Positions 18,946 through 29,694 of a stretch of DNA of 64,000 nucleotides are shown one piece after another. How positions within the stretch are numbered: position 1 is the first letter of the stretch; each line of letters begins with the position of its first letter. The notes beneath the pieces are model-generated. The model was not told where the DNA came from, made no database searches, and saw nothing but the letters and a program-made list of their open reading frames with translations. The DNA is from a virus: the IMG/VR virus record IMGVR_UViG_3300036832_000367, positions 3,025 through 67,024 of that record, one strand, 5' to 3'. A program made the position numbers and the translations under genes.

Positions 18946-19380
18946 ATGACTCAACCAACTGTCCTGCCCGGCACGAAACTGTTCATCCTTGTCGGGAATG
19001 GCGCAACGCCAGAAGTGTTCGACAACCCGTGCGGCCTTACGACCAACGGCATCGATTTCACCGCATCGACCGGCAACACGCTGATTCCGGATTGCGCCGA
19101 TCCTGAAGCGGCGGCATGGGAAGCCAAGGACATCAACGCCTTGAGCGCGCAAGTCACCGGCACGGGCGTCATGGCGATTGAAAGCTTCTCTGTCTGGAAC
19201 GGCTGGTTCCAGTCAGGACAGCTTAAAAACTGCCAAGTGAAGCTGGACGATCCGGCGCTCGGCTACTGGGCTGGTGCGTTTGTCCTGACATCACTGAAAT
19301 ACGGCGGCACGCGCGGCCAGAAGGTCACGCTCGACATAACACTGGCCAACTCGGGCGCAGTGCCGTGGGTCGGCCCATGA
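18946..19380 (+). CDS. Tail tube protein
   Basis: GNGATPEVF..CGLT..PDCADP motifs; SD AAAGGA. Confidence 0.88.
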   Translation: MTQPTVLPGTKLFILVGNGATPEVFDNPCGLTTNGIDFTASTGNTLIPDCADPEAAAWEAKDINALSAQVTGTGVMAIESFSVWNGWFQSGQLKNCQVKLDDPALGYWAGAFVLTSLKYGGTRGQKVTLDITLANSGAVPWVGP

Positions 19381-19805
19381 GTGCTGATGGCTCGGTCGAA
19401 CTATTCTTTGGCGACGGCACCCATCGCTTCCGCTTGGCGATTGGCCAATTCCGTGAGCTACAGGAAAAGGTCAACGGTCGGCGCATCTTGGTTGGCGCGC
19501 CACCGATAGGCCCGGCGACGCTGCTGGAAGCGCTGCAAACCAATAACGCGTGGCCAGACGACATGCGCGACGTGTTGCGGCTTGGACTGGTCGGCGGCGG
19601 CATGAAACCGCAGGAAGCCCATCGGCTGCTGTTGAACAACTTCGATGACAAGCCACCGCAATCCATCGGCCCGACCGTGTTTCTAATCCTGCTGGCGGCG
19701 CTGGTCGGCGTCCCCGAGGATGAAATTGTCTCAAAAAAAAACGAGAGCGAGGCGACGACGACGTCATCCGATTCAGTGACGTCTATGGGATCGGGGCTGC
19801 AATAG
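19377..19805 (+). CDS. Tail assembly chaperone gpG (GTA-gp10-like)
   Basis: FRLAIGQFRELQE, LRLGLVGGGM; position after the tail tube. Confidence 0.85.
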   Translation: MSADGSVELFFGDGTHRFRLAIGQFRELQEKVNGRRILVGAPPIGPATLLEALQTNNAWPDDMRDVLRLGLVGGGMKPQEAHRLLLNNFDDKPPQSIGPTVFLILLAALVGVPEDEIVSKKNESEATTTSSDSVTSMGSGLQ

Positions 19806-19960
19806 GTTTCACTCCGCGCGAGGTTGACGAATGTTCGTTCTGGCAATTTCGTGCAGCGGTCGCCGGTTGGGCCAAGGCGAATTCCGCCGAAGACACCAAG
19901 CTCGAAGCGCCGAGCGACATTGAATTCGATAGGATGCTGGAACGCCATGGCTATCAATAA
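19733..19960 (+). CDS. Tail assembly chaperone gpT extension via -1 frameshift
   Basis: A9 slippery run 19733-19741; the -1 frame reads ...YGIGAAIGFTPREVDECSFWQFRAAVAGW... to TAA at 19960. Confidence 0.8.
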   Translation, partial: KKKRERGDDDVIRFSDVYGIGAAIGFTPREVDECSFWQFRAAVAGWAKANSAEDTKLEAPSDIEFDRMLERHGYQ

Positions 19961-20351
19961 AAGTATGATCGCGTTCCAGAAGTTGACGAAGGACTTGATT
20001 GACGAGGTGCGCGCCATTTCAATTCAAGAGTTGAACACGCAGGCGGATGAATTGGTCGAGGCGATGCAGAGCGTCGCGCCGCGCGGCGAGACCGGCGAAT
20101 TGGAGCATTCGATTCGCAAGGTGCCGGGGAACAGTCCTTATGTCGTGCGCGTGGTCGCTGGCGGCCAACAAACAATTCGCAAGGAGATTTCCAGCCAGCC
20201 ATATGATTACGTTCGTGCCGATGAGTTCGGTACCGTCAAGATGGCGGCTCGGCCGTTTTTCTTTCCGACCTATCGCTTGAGGAAAAAGAAAATGATTGCC
20301 GACATGAAGCGGCGACTCATTGCGTCGATCAAGAAAAGGTCCGCTGAATAA
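19947..20351 (+). CDS. HK97 gp10-like tail component
   Basis: APRGETGELEHSI, EFGTVKMAARPFFFP. Confidence 0.85.
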   Translation: MAINKSMIAFQKLTKDLIDEVRAISIQELNTQADELVEAMQSVAPRGETGELEHSIRKVPGNSPYVVRVVAGGQQTIRKEISSQPYDYVRADEFGTVKMAARPFFFPTYRLRKKKMIADMKRRLIASIKKRSAE

Positions 20352-22441
20352 TGCCTGCCCAAGATCAAACCGCAGCACTGGTCCTCGCGCTGTCGGCGCA
20401 GGTGGATAACTTTGAAAAAAACATGAATAAGGCGCTCGATATCGCCAACAAGCGCACGAAGGATATCGAGACAGTCTTTCAAAAGATGAATGATAAAATA
20501 AACGAGAGTTTCAAGGATTTGGCGAAAGAGTTTCCCGGTGGTCAATTTCTAGCCTCGCTTGGTCCAGACGCGCTCATAGCGGCGGCGGGCATTGGTGCGT
20601 TGGTGTTGGCATTCAAGTATCTGTCCGACGAGACGGAAAAATACGTCCAGAAAAACATCCGCTTCAAAGAGGTCGGCGACACTATCGGAGTCACTGCCGC
20701 GCAGGTGAAGCAGTTGACAGATGCCGGGCAAAAGGTCGGACTTTCCATTGAAGCCACCGAGCAGTTTCTAGAGCGCTTTGGCACGGCGGTGCAGGGCGTC
20801 AAGGTTGGCAGCGGGGCGCTATATCAGCAATTGATAAAAATCGACCCGGCATTGGTCGAGCAGATGGCGACCGCCAACGATACTTCAGCAGCGCTTTTGG
20901 TTCTCGTCGAAGCCTATAAGAAAGCGAGCACTGCATCGGCGCAATTGGCTCTTACCAGAGCGGCGGGTGGCGGCAGGTCGCCAGAAGCGGCGCGGCTGCT
21001 GAAAGAGATCGCCGACAATGGCCTGAAGCCGATTCAGAAAGGGTTGAACGATGTCAGCGCGGCGATGGAAGAACAGGAAATCCGCATCAAGGACTTACGG
21101 GAAAGGCTGCACGATCTGACTGGCGCAATCGCGGCTCCGGAACTCAAGAACGCCGAAGAATGGCGGCTACAAACGTGGATAAAGATCGCGCAGGCGATCA
21201 ACAGCGTGGTAGAGGCCGCGAGGGGATATCAGGCTTGGGCGGAAGCGCATCCCGTTCTCAGTGGCATCGCAGGTGTTGCCGCGACTGCCGCGACTGGGGG
21301 GGCTATTGGCATAGCGTATAGCCTTGCTAAGGCTGCTACGGGGATTGGGCAGACTGCCGGACCGTCCACGGCTCCCGCAACCTTTGCCGACAGATATCCC
21401 GCAAAAGACAAACAAATGGTGCAAACAACCCAAGCCGCTTTGGATGCGAAGAAGGCGACGGACGATTTGGCGAAGTCGGAGCAAGACCGCAAGGATGCCT
21501 TGCAGCGCGACCTTGTGAAAGAACAGAAAGACAATGCCGTGTTGGGCGACGCGGCGACACAAAGCGAAGCGCTAGCACTGAAAAAGAAGCAATTGGCAGT
21601 CGCGGTTGAACTTGAAGGGGCTTCCGCAGAGAAGGCAAGAAGGGGTGAAGAAGACCTTATCAAGGTGCAAGAGATCGCGAAGCTGGCAACATTGGAGAGG
21701 CTGGGAATTGCGAGCCAGAGTGAAATCACCCAAGAGCGAATGATTCAATTAACGCGCGACGCGGCCAAATACGAACTTGATCGGAATCAAGTCTTGGCGG
21801 CCACCAACGTTCTCTTGAAGGAAAGCAAGACGGCGGCGGAAGCGCTGGCGGTGCGGCGCAGCTATTTCCCCGGCTTGACGCAGTTGGCGCTCGACGCCAA
21901 GAATTTACAGAAGGGGCTCGACGAGGTCGCAACGCGGGGCATCAATTCGTTCGTCGACGAACTGTCCAACGTCGCCTTGGGCACCAAGACCGCCGCGCAG
22001 GCTTTCAAGGACATGACAACGTCGATCTTGAGCGACATCGCCAAGCTGGCGATTCGCCAAGCAATTGTCGGGCCGCTGCTCGGTTCACTAGGGCTCGGTC
22101 TTACGGCGTCGTCGGCCACGCCGTTGGGTATGGGCGGCATTGGTCACGCGCAAAGCGGCACCACGTTCGCCCATGGCGGTATGACTCTCGTCGGCGAGCG
22201 CGGGCCGGAACTACTGAACATCCCGCGCGGATCGCAGATCATCCCGAACGATGTCTTGAAGGCGGGCGGATTCGGTGGCGGCGGCCAGATCGTCTATTCG
22301 CCGTCAATCGACGCGCGCGGGGCGTCGGTCGAGGCGGTGCAGCGGCTTGCGCAAATACTGGAACAGGATCGCCAGACCTTCGCGACCCGCACCGTTTCCA
22401 CCATTCGGGCGGCGCGCAAGAGCCGCATTCCGGGGGTCTGA
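20351..22441 (+). CDS. Tape measure protein
   Basis: Helical Ala-rich; DIAKLAIRQAI and VGERGPEL motifs; position. Confidence 0.9.
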   Translation: MPAQDQTAALVLALSAQVDNFEKNMNKALDIANKRTKDIETVFQKMNDKINESFKDLAKEFPGGQFLASLGPDALIAAAGIGALVLAFKYLSDETEKYVQKNIRFKEVGDTIGVTAAQVKQLTDAGQKVGLSIEATEQFLERFGTAVQGVKVGSGALYQQLIKIDPALVEQMATANDTSAALLVLVEAYKKASTASAQLALTRAAGGGRSPEAARLLKEIADNGLKPIQKGLNDVSAAMEEQEIRIKDLRERLHDLTGAIAAPELKNAEEWRLQTWIKIAQAINSVVEAARGYQAWAEAHPVLSGIAGVAATAATGGAIGIAYSLAKAATGIGQTAGPSTAPATFADRYPAKDKQMVQTTQAALDAKKATDDLAKSEQDRKDALQRDLVKEQKDNAVLGDAATQSEALALKKKQLAVAVELEGASAEKARRGEEDLIKVQEIAKLATLERLGIASQSEITQERMIQLTRDAAKYELDRNQVLAATNVLLKESKTAAEALAVRRSYFPGLTQLALDAKNLQKGLDEVATRGINSFVDELSNVALGTKTAAQAFKDMTTSILSDIAKLAIRQAIVGPLLGSLGLGLTASSATPLGMGGIGHAQSGTTFAHGGMTLVGERGPELLNIPRGSQIIPNDVLKAGGFGGGGQIVYSPSIDARGASVEAVQRLAQILEQDRQTFATRTVSTIRAARKSRIPGV

Positions 22442-22444
22442 AAC

Positions 22445-23086
22445 GTGGCCATCACGCAGCCGGTCAATTTCCTGCCGATCTTCCCCGGATGGACCACCGG
22501 GTTCGATCTTGCTTGGCGGCAAGAGCAGTCGGTTCAGGCGTCCGGCAGGGTGATCGTCAAGGACATGGGCTCGCCGCTGTGGTCCTGTCGCGGCATTTCC
22601 AAGGTTCTGTCGCCCAACAATCTAGACCAGTGGCGGGCGCGCCTGACGTCGCTGGAAAACGGCCTAGCGACGTTTCTGGGCTATCCGTTGTCACGGACCT
22701 ATCCCATCCTATACCCCAAGGGGAATTGGCCTACAGGCGGGGCTTTCAGCGGCACCACGGCCAATCTGGCGAGCATCAATGCCAACCGGAAGGCGATCAC
22801 GGTATCGGCCCTGCCAGCCGGGTTCTCGCTGTCGATTGGCGACTTCCTATCGCTGGGCGGCAATGTCGATCTGCATCAGGTCATGGAACCCGCCACGGCG
22901 GCAGCCGGAACCACCACCGAGTTCGAGATACGGCCGGGCCTGTGGCCAACCCGAACCACTGGCGCGGCGGTGTCGGTCTACCGCCCGGCCTGCCTGATGG
23001 CGATCATGCCGGGCTCGATCCAGACCGACTCGCAGATCAGCGGGTGGGGTAGCGTGTCCTTTGCGGCGGTCGAGGCGCGGCTATGA
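22445..23086 (+). CDS. Distal tail protein
   Basis: Directly follows the TMP; beta-rich. Confidence 0.7.
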   Translation: MAITQPVNFLPIFPGWTTGFDLAWRQEQSVQASGRVIVKDMGSPLWSCRGISKVLSPNNLDQWRARLTSLENGLATFLGYPLSRTYPILYPKGNWPTGGAFSGTTANLASINANRKAITVSALPAGFSLSIGDFLSLGGNVDLHQVMEPATAAAGTTTEFEIRPGLWPTRTTGAAVSVYRPACLMAIMPGSIQTDSQISGWGSVSFAAVEARL

Positions 23087-23778
23087 GGGCGCTATCGAGT
23101 CCAAACTTCACCGCGCTTCAGGCGCGCGCGCTGGTGGCGCGGGATTTCATCTGGTTCGTGGTGCGCGACCGCACGACCGGAGCGCCCGTGACGGATGGTT
23201 ATTGGTCCGATGTCGGCACCATCACCGCCGACGTGGTCGATCCCGACACCGGGGCGACCAGCAACCGGACATGGAACGGGGCGGGCGGCCTGATCCAGCT
23301 ATCCGACATCCCGCTGGTTTCGAACATCACCGTGCAAAACATGACGGTAACGCTGTCGCAGGTGGTCGACCGCGTCAACGATCTGGTCCGGACCTACAAC
23401 TGCAAGCAGGGGCGCGTCGAGGTTTATCGAGGGCTGTTCGATCCATCGACGCGCCTGATGGTCGCGCCCGCGACCCCGCGCTTCGTCGGCACCATCGACG
23501 AGGTGCCGATCCGCACGCCGAAGGAGGGCGATAGCGGCGACATCGTCATAACCTGCACCAGCAACACTCAGGAATTGACGAGGTTCAATCCAGACACCCG
23601 CTCTGACGCCAGCCAGAAGATTCGCAGTTCGACCGACAATTTCTTTCAGGATGTTGCCGTGGTCGGTGGTTGGCAGCACTTCTGGGGAAGGGCGACCGGA
23701 GTGATAACGGCAGCCACGTCGGCCGATACCGCAAGATTCTCCAACGGCAACCCAAGCAATCCAACAAGAACAAGATGA
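23083..23778 (+). CDS. Tail tip hub protein (DUF2163-like)
   Basis: VEVYRGLFDP..RFVG.ID..RSDASQ pattern; position. Confidence 0.7.
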   Translation: MRALSSPNFTALQARALVARDFIWFVVRDRTTGAPVTDGYWSDVGTITADVVDPDTGATSNRTWNGAGGLIQLSDIPLVSNITVQNMTVTLSQVVDRVNDLVRTYNCKQGRVEVYRGLFDPSTRLMVAPATPRFVGTIDEVPIRTPKEGDSGDIVITCTSNTQELTRFNPDTRSDASQKIRSSTDNFFQDVAVVGGWQHFWGRATGVITAATSADTARFSNGNPSNPTRTR

Positions 23779-24185
23779 GGCCAGCAAGGCTGTCGGACAT
23801 TCCGGGTCTGGTGGCGCTGTTCGAAAAGCAGCACTCGGAGATGGGCTGCCCGTGGCCGATTGACAATAAAACAAAACTCACCAGCACATTCCATCTGGCG
23901 ATTGCCTCGCCCGAGGACTGGCTATGCTTGACGGGCGACGAATCCTTATTGCTGGCAACATGCTTCGAAAGCCCGCTAGGCGCTGGCAAGGTGGCGGTGG
24001 AATTGTGCATGTGTGCAGCGCCGGGGAAATTAGACGACATGATCGAGCGCTATGAAGACTGGGCTAAGCTGAAGGGATGCAAAATCGCGTCGCTTGGGTG
24101 CGACCGGAGATTCACAACGTTCCAGCGTCTCTATCGCCGATATGGCTATACTCCCGCCGAGATGACAACCAGCAAGGCGCTGTAA
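23775..24185 (+). CDS. GNAT-fold protein
   Basis: MRPARLSDIPGL start; YEDWAKLKGC..RLYRRYGY end. Confidence 0.6.
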   Translation: MRPARLSDIPGLVALFEKQHSEMGCPWPIDNKTKLTSTFHLAIASPEDWLCLTGDESLLLATCFESPLGAGKVAVELCMCAAPGKLDDMIERYEDWAKLKGCKIASLGCDRRFTTFQRLYRRYGYTPAEMTTSKAL

Positions 24186-27116
24186 ATGCCTATCTTCAGC
24201 CTCATCGCGTCGGCCCTTGCTGCCACGGAGTTCTTTACGACGCTCGGCATCGGCGCTTCCACGATCAGCGGCGTGCTACTCGGCGCGACTGCCATCGGGC
24301 TGAATTATGTGCTTCAGTCGTTATCGCAGAACAGCACGGCGCAACCAGACAATGTCGGCGTCCAGTTAAGCCTTCAGGCTGGCGGTGATCTGCCGCGCAC
24401 GTTCGGTCTGGGGTATCACGTCACATCCGGTTCGCTGGTTTACGCCAATACATGGGGCACCTTAGGGGAAACGCCGAACGCCTTTTTGACCCAAGTCATC
24501 GCGTTGTCGGACTTGCCGGGCGAGCAACTGGTCGGCCTCTGGGTCAACGGCGAACTGGTTACGATCGACACCTCGATCACCTATCCCGGCGGCCATCCGG
24601 TTATTCAATACCGGGTCGCCGGAGCAGATTACCTGTTCATCAAGTATTACGACGGGACGCAGAGCACCGCCGACTCAATGCTGACCGGCTCGGTGTCGTC
24701 GGCGGCGAGGCCCTATCAATCGACGCGGGTTGGCACCGGGGTCTGCTACGTGATCTGCACATCGCTGGTTAACGACAAGCTGTTTACCGGCATCCCGACT
24801 TTTAAGTTCGAGCTATCCGGCCTGAAGCTTTACGACCCGACGCGAGACACCAGCGCGGGAGGATCGGGCACTCACGACTATTCCAACCCGGCGACATGGG
24901 GCGGCGACGGCGATCAATTTCCCGCCGTGCAAATCTACAATCTGCTGCGCGGCATCAGATACAACGGCGCTTGGGTCTGCGGCCTGCAAAACATGAGCGC
25001 AGCGCGGCTGCCGTCCGCCAACTGGCGGGCGCAGATCGACAAGTGCCGGGCGACGATCACAGGGGAAAGCGGCTTAGAGCCCACCTATCGCAGCGGCGCG
25101 CAGGTCGGTTTCGACGCGCAGCCAGCCAACGCGGTGGAGGCCTTTTTGACTGCCTGCCAAGGCAGGCTTTGTGAGATCGGCGGCTTTTACAAGCTATATG
25201 TCGGCGCGCCAGATTCGTCGGCGTTTGTCTGGACCGATGCAGACTTGCTGTCGACCGAGGAACAGGAGTTCCGCCCGTTCTTCAGTTTGTCTAACAGCGT
25301 CAACGGAATTCAAGGCAGCTATCCAGATCCCGCGCAAGGCTGGGAAATGGTGACTGCCCCGGCGCTGTACCGAACCGATCTTGAAGTCATCGATGGCAAT
25401 CGCCGTTTGATGGCCAATCCGACGTTCGATTGCGTTCCGTACCGCGCTCAAGTGCAGCGCTTGCAAAAATCCGGCATTGATGAAGCGGTGCGCGCACGCA
25501 CGCACACCATTGTATTTCCGCCGTCCTATTGGGTTATCGAGCCCGGTGACATCGGGTCATGGACGTCGGTCAGGAATGGGTATTCCAACAAATTATTTCG
25601 GGTCGACGCCGTCACAGACAAGGCCAATCTGGACGTCATCGCCAACGTCACCGAAGTCGATCCGTCTGATTATAGTTGGAATCACCCGATTGATTTCCAA
25701 AGCGTCACCATCGGCCCGAACGTTTTCCCGCGTCCTCCGGCGCAGGGCGTCAAGGACTGGGCGGCGACCGGCACCTACCTGATCGACGGCAATGGCATCA
25801 CGCGCCGTCCGGCCATTCGCATTACGTGGGATGGTACGCTGCCGGGCATCATCGGCATTCAATACGAAATTAGACTTAACCTCGATCTATCAGACGTGGC
25901 GAAAGGGCGCTCTGATCAATACGAGGCTGGCGCGCTGATCATCACTCAAGGCCTTGTCGGTCTCACTACTTACCAAATTCGCGGGCAATACATTCCGTCT
26001 TCGCCGCGCGACATGCTGTGGTCGGCATGGATCACGGTCGTCACGCCGGACGTGACGCTGTCGATTGCGGATTTTGACGCGGCGCTAAAGGCGCAGGTGA
26101 CTACCATCACCGACGCGATGAACGACAAAATCGATTTCCTTACCCAGCAAATTGCGTCGCTGGCGTCCAACGACATGGCGACGAATTGGTTAGACAAGAA
26201 AATAGTTAGGGATGAGGTTGCCGCTGTCGCTGGCAAGGCTAGTGCTTCAATTTTGGAAGTGAAGACTGCGCAGGTTAGTTCAAATGCCGCTTTTGCTTCA
26301 TATCAATTAACCGTCTCTGCAAGCATAGATTCTGTACATTCCAGCGTCACCACCAACGCGACAGCGATCGCGGAGTTGAACGGGTTCGCTGCCGCCGAGT
26401 ACGCCGTTACGCTCGACGTCAACGGCTATGCGTCCGGCTTTAATTTGTTGAATGGCGGACCCGGATTTTCAACTTTCACGATCGTTGCCGACAAGTTTCA
26501 AATTCAATTGCCGGGATATAACGGCAGTGCACCTTATGCGTTTTTCACCACGGGCACTGTCAACGGCACACCGTCTGTCGGCATCAACGGCAATATGTAC
26601 TTGGACGGTACATTGTTTGCGCGCAGCATCGTCGCTGGCGACATCACGTCTGTTCAGATTGCGGCGCAAACAATCACATCGGCATCAGGTGTGATTGGCA
26701 ATCTAGGCGTGAAGACGCTGAGCATCGCCGATAACGCTGTCACGGTTCCGGTTGTTCAAACTCTTTCTAGTTCTATACTTGCTACCAGTGTCATCACCGT
26801 TAACACCGTCACGTTGGCGGTTGATACTACCGGTCTGCCGGTTAACACGCCGATCTCGGTCATCGCGTCTTGGGTTGGGTCTGTAGGCCATAGCTCAGGT
26901 GCCGATACTACGTCTGCGGCGATGGACATCAATGGCACGACTGCGGCCAGTATAACGAGCATCAATTCGTCGGACTATTTTCTCGGCCTTTGCGGGTCTG
27001 TTTCTTTCCTGTCTAACAACAGCGTTCAGAACATTACAGTCAACGTGAATTATTCGTCGAACAACACCGCAGTTCTGGTGAATCGAACTCTGTGGGCCAT
27101 GGCTGCAAAACGATGA
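24186..27116 (+). CDS. Tail tip / central fibre (gpJ-like)
   Basis: GSLVYANTWG, KLYDP, FTIVADKF (DUF1983-like) motifs. Confidence 0.88.
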   Translation: MPIFSLIASALAATEFFTTLGIGASTISGVLLGATAIGLNYVLQSLSQNSTAQPDNVGVQLSLQAGGDLPRTFGLGYHVTSGSLVYANTWGTLGETPNAFLTQVIALSDLPGEQLVGLWVNGELVTIDTSITYPGGHPVIQYRVAGADYLFIKYYDGTQSTADSMLTGSVSSAARPYQSTRVGTGVCYVICTSLVNDKLFTGIPTFKFELSGLKLYDPTRDTSAGGSGTHDYSNPATWGGDGDQFPAVQIYNLLRGIRYNGAWVCGLQNMSAARLPSANWRAQIDKCRATITGESGLEPTYRSGAQVGFDAQPANAVEAFLTACQGRLCEIGGFYKLYVGAPDSSAFVWTDADLLSTEEQEFRPFFSLSNSVNGIQGSYPDPAQGWEMVTAPALYRTDLEVIDGNRRLMANPTFDCVPYRAQVQRLQKSGIDEAVRARTHTIVFPPSYWVIEPGDIGSWTSVRNGYSNKLFRVDAVTDKANLDVIANVTEVDPSDYSWNHPIDFQSVTIGPNVFPRPPAQGVKDWAATGTYLIDGNGITRRPAIRITWDGTLPGIIGIQYEIRLNLDLSDVAKGRSDQYEAGALIITQGLVGLTTYQIRGQYIPSSPRDMLWSAWITVVTPDVTLSIADFDAALKAQVTTITDAMNDKIDFLTQQIASLASNDMATNWLDKKIVRDEVAAVAGKASASILEVKTAQVSSNAAFASYQLTVSASIDSVHSSVTTNATAIAELNGFAAAEYAVTLDVNGYASGFNLLNGGPGFSTFTIVADKFQIQLPGYNGSAPYAFFTTGTVNGTPSVGINGNMYLDGTLFARSIVAGDITSVQIAAQTITSASGVIGNLGVKTLSIADNAVTVPVVQTLSSSILATSVITVNTVTLAVDTTGLPVNTPISVIASWVGSVGHSSGADTTSAAMDINGTTAASITSINSSDYFLGLCGSVSFLSNNSVQNITVNVNYSSNNTAVLVNRTLWAMAAKR

Positions 27117-27565
27117 TCAATATTTACTATAGACCGGACGATGGCGAGATTTTTGGATGGTCAACCGGCAGCGTCGATGCCGCCGCGCCTGACGGATTGA
27201 GCCTGATTGCTTTCGATGTAGATGAGCTAGACGGGCCACCTAATTCCAAGACGCAGAAGATTGACGGCGGAAAGCTGGTCGAGAAAAACGCTGCGGAGAA
27301 AGCCAGAGCGTTAATTCCTACCGAGACCGAAATCAGGCAAGCGGTCTATGCCGCGCTATCGGCAAGCGATCACCTGATGCTGCCAGACCGCGACGACATT
27401 TCGGAAGAAACTCGGGCGGCGTGGGTCAAGTATCGCAAGGCGCTGCGCGGCTTGTCGAAGGGTAGTCCAAGTCCAACGGTGTCGGACATGATCGCAAACT
27501 TTCCCGTGCAGCCGGACGGCACCGATCCGATCGCAGATTGGCGGAAGCGCAGCAACGAAGGATAA
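27113..27565 (+). CDS. Tail fibre assembly chaperone-like protein
   Basis: LSASDHLMLPD..WVKYRKALR motif. Confidence 0.7.
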   Translation: MINIYYRPDDGEIFGWSTGSVDAAAPDGLSLIAFDVDELDGPPNSKTQKIDGGKLVEKNAAEKARALIPTETEIRQAVYAALSASDHLMLPDRDDISEETRAAWVKYRKALRGLSKGSPSPTVSDMIANFPVQPDGTDPIADWRKRSNEG

Positions 27566-27568
27566 AAC

Positions 27569-29497
27569 ATGACCGCCCTTGCATCTTATTCCATCGGCAC
27601 CGTCAGCATAGCTGCCGGAGGTACGACGGCAACAGGCAGCGGAACGCTATGGAGTGGCGTTAACGCCCGGCCCGGTGACATCCTGCAAGTCGGTAATTTT
27701 CAAACCGTCATCAGCGACGTTACTGACGCGACGCATTTAGTGATTCCGCCATGGGGCGGCGGCGCTGTTTCCGGTGCCGCCTATACGATTTGGCAAACGT
27801 CACCGATGCGCTTCGCGGGCGCGCAGGCGATGGCGGACGTGTCGGCGCTGATAACGCAATTGAATAACAGCGGCGTTTTGATTGGAGCCAACAATGCTTT
27901 CACCGGCAACAATTTCTTTGCCGGGAATGTGACAATTGGCAGCACTGTCAATCAAACGGGCAACAAGCTTGAAGTGGACGGCACTACTGCGGCCGGAGGC
28001 TCAATCTTCGCCGCAAGATGGGACGCGGGTTCAACTGGTAGCGTCGCCAACATCCAAGCAAAAAGTCGCAGCGGTGTAATCGGTACGCAAACCATCGTGC
28101 AGAACGGCGACGCACTTGCGTTGTGGGATGGACAAGGCAGCGACGGAGTTGCGTTCAAATCAGCAGCGCAGATTTTAGTGCATGTCGATGGCGTCCCCGG
28201 CACCAGCGATATGCCCGGACGTCTATCGATATGGACGACTCCGGATGGCACAGTCACACCCGTCGAGCGCCTTAGAGTAAGCAACTCAGGCGCGGTTGCC
28301 ATAAATCTAGTGGGCTCGCTCAACAACGCGGGCGGCACCTTACTGAACATCCACAACACGGACGGCGTTAGCGGGACCGGCTGGATTTCCTGTTACCAGC
28401 AAAGCAACGACGCCAGCCACAGCTACATCGTGATGCGCAAATCGCGCGGCATCACGGTCGGCAGCAACGCCATTGTGGTGAACGGGGACGGTCTGGGCGA
28501 GCTTGCTTGGGATGGCGACATGGGTTCTGGCTTCCTTAACGCCGTTCTTCTGACCGCCGAAGTGGATACCGTTCCGACCCTTGGCCAGCGCGTCGCCGGT
28601 CGGATGCTTTTTAAAACCTCAGTCGTCAATGGCTCTGTCACTGAGCGGATGCGGATCGATTCGACCGGGCAAATAATTGCCAACAGGATAGGCTCTACCG
28701 CAATTGGCTCCGGCTCCTTCTTCACCGCCTATAGTGTTGACGGCTCCAACAATCCTGCGTTCTTTCTCGGGGTTCAACAGAGCAATGATAACACCGGCGG
28801 CTTCATTCAATTAAACAAGTCGAGAAATACCACGGTCGGTGCTCATACCATCGTACAGCTCAACGACGTTTTAGGTATCGTTGGCTTTGGTGGTTCTGAT
28901 GGCGCTAACATGAGAACCCCTGCGTTCATCCAAGTCAATGTGGACGGCACTCCGACATCAGGGCAAAAGCTTCCGGGACGTGTCGGTATCTTCACTGGGG
29001 CAGTCAATGCTAATGCTATTGAGCAGATGCGTATCGACCATACTGGCGCAGTATTCTTTCCATCTGTCTTAACTACAGGCAGCGCCGCCAACGCCTTCAT
29101 CAACAATGGTTCCACCCCAGCGAATCAATTGCTGCGGTCGACATCATCGCTGCGCTACAAGAAGGACGTTGCGCCGATTCCGCAGGAACGATTGGGCGCG
29201 CTCAGGTCGATACGCGGCATCGAGTTTACTTCGACATCGGAAGCCGACGATCCCAACATCAGGATGCTCGGCTATGCCGCCGAGGACGTGGCAAGGATAG
29301 ACCCGGCGCTGGTGCATTGGGGCTACAGCGACGATGACTACATCGAAGAAGAATTAGACGGGCCGGGCGTCGCGCAGATCATCCGCACCCTGAAAGATGG
29401 CGCGGTCAAGGTTCCTGACGGCGTTCAATATGAACGGGTGCTGCTGGCAAAGATCGAAGACCTCGAACAGCGCGTGGAAGAATTGGAGAACAGGTAA
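27569..29497 (+). CDS. Tail fibre with S74-like chaperone domain
   Basis: YSIGTVSI..GSGTLW N-terminus; TSSLRYKKDV; paralogous to 1..2580. Confidence 0.88.
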   Translation: MTALASYSIGTVSIAAGGTTATGSGTLWSGVNARPGDILQVGNFQTVISDVTDATHLVIPPWGGGAVSGAAYTIWQTSPMRFAGAQAMADVSALITQLNNSGVLIGANNAFTGNNFFAGNVTIGSTVNQTGNKLEVDGTTAAGGSIFAARWDAGSTGSVANIQAKSRSGVIGTQTIVQNGDALALWDGQGSDGVAFKSAAQILVHVDGVPGTSDMPGRLSIWTTPDGTVTPVERLRVSNSGAVAINLVGSLNNAGGTLLNIHNTDGVSGTGWISCYQQSNDASHSYIVMRKSRGITVGSNAIVVNGDGLGELAWDGDMGSGFLNAVLLTAEVDTVPTLGQRVAGRMLFKTSVVNGSVTERMRIDSTGQIIANRIGSTAIGSGSFFTAYSVDGSNNPAFFLGVQQSNDNTGGFIQLNKSRNTTVGAHTIVQLNDVLGIVGFGGSDGANMRTPAFIQVNVDGTPTSGQKLPGRVGIFTGAVNANAIEQMRIDHTGAVFFPSVLTTGSAANAFINNGSTPANQLLRSTSSLRYKKDVAPIPQERLGALRSIRGIEFTSTSEADDPNIRMLGYAAEDVARIDPALVHWGYSDDDYIEEELDGPGVAQIIRTLKDGAVKVPDGVQYERVLLAKIEDLEQRVEELENR

Positions 29498-29694
29498 TGG
29501 AACAGAAGCTTAAGCTAGAATTCTCTCCACAGATGATGAATGTGATATCCGAGGCATTGATGGAGATGCCATTCAGGATAGCGGCTCCGGTGATCGCTGA
29601 AATTCAGCGCCAGCTTGGCGAGAACAATGCGGCGCGGGTTGCGGAGTTCAACAAGACGAATGGCAGCAAGCCAGCAGAGGACACAGTTCAATGA
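29497..29694 (+). CDS. Small fibre-associated protein
   Basis: ALMEMPFRIAAPVIAEIQRQ motif often found after phage fibres. Confidence 0.65.
   Translation: MEQKLKLEFSPQMMNVISEALMEMPFRIAAPVIAEIQRQLGENNAARVAEFNKTNGSKPAEDTVQ

Noticed and set aside
1290-29497. Paralogous fibres as a diversity-generating retroelement TR/VR pair
   Set aside because: No reverse transcriptase; both copies are coding and differences are not adenine-specific.
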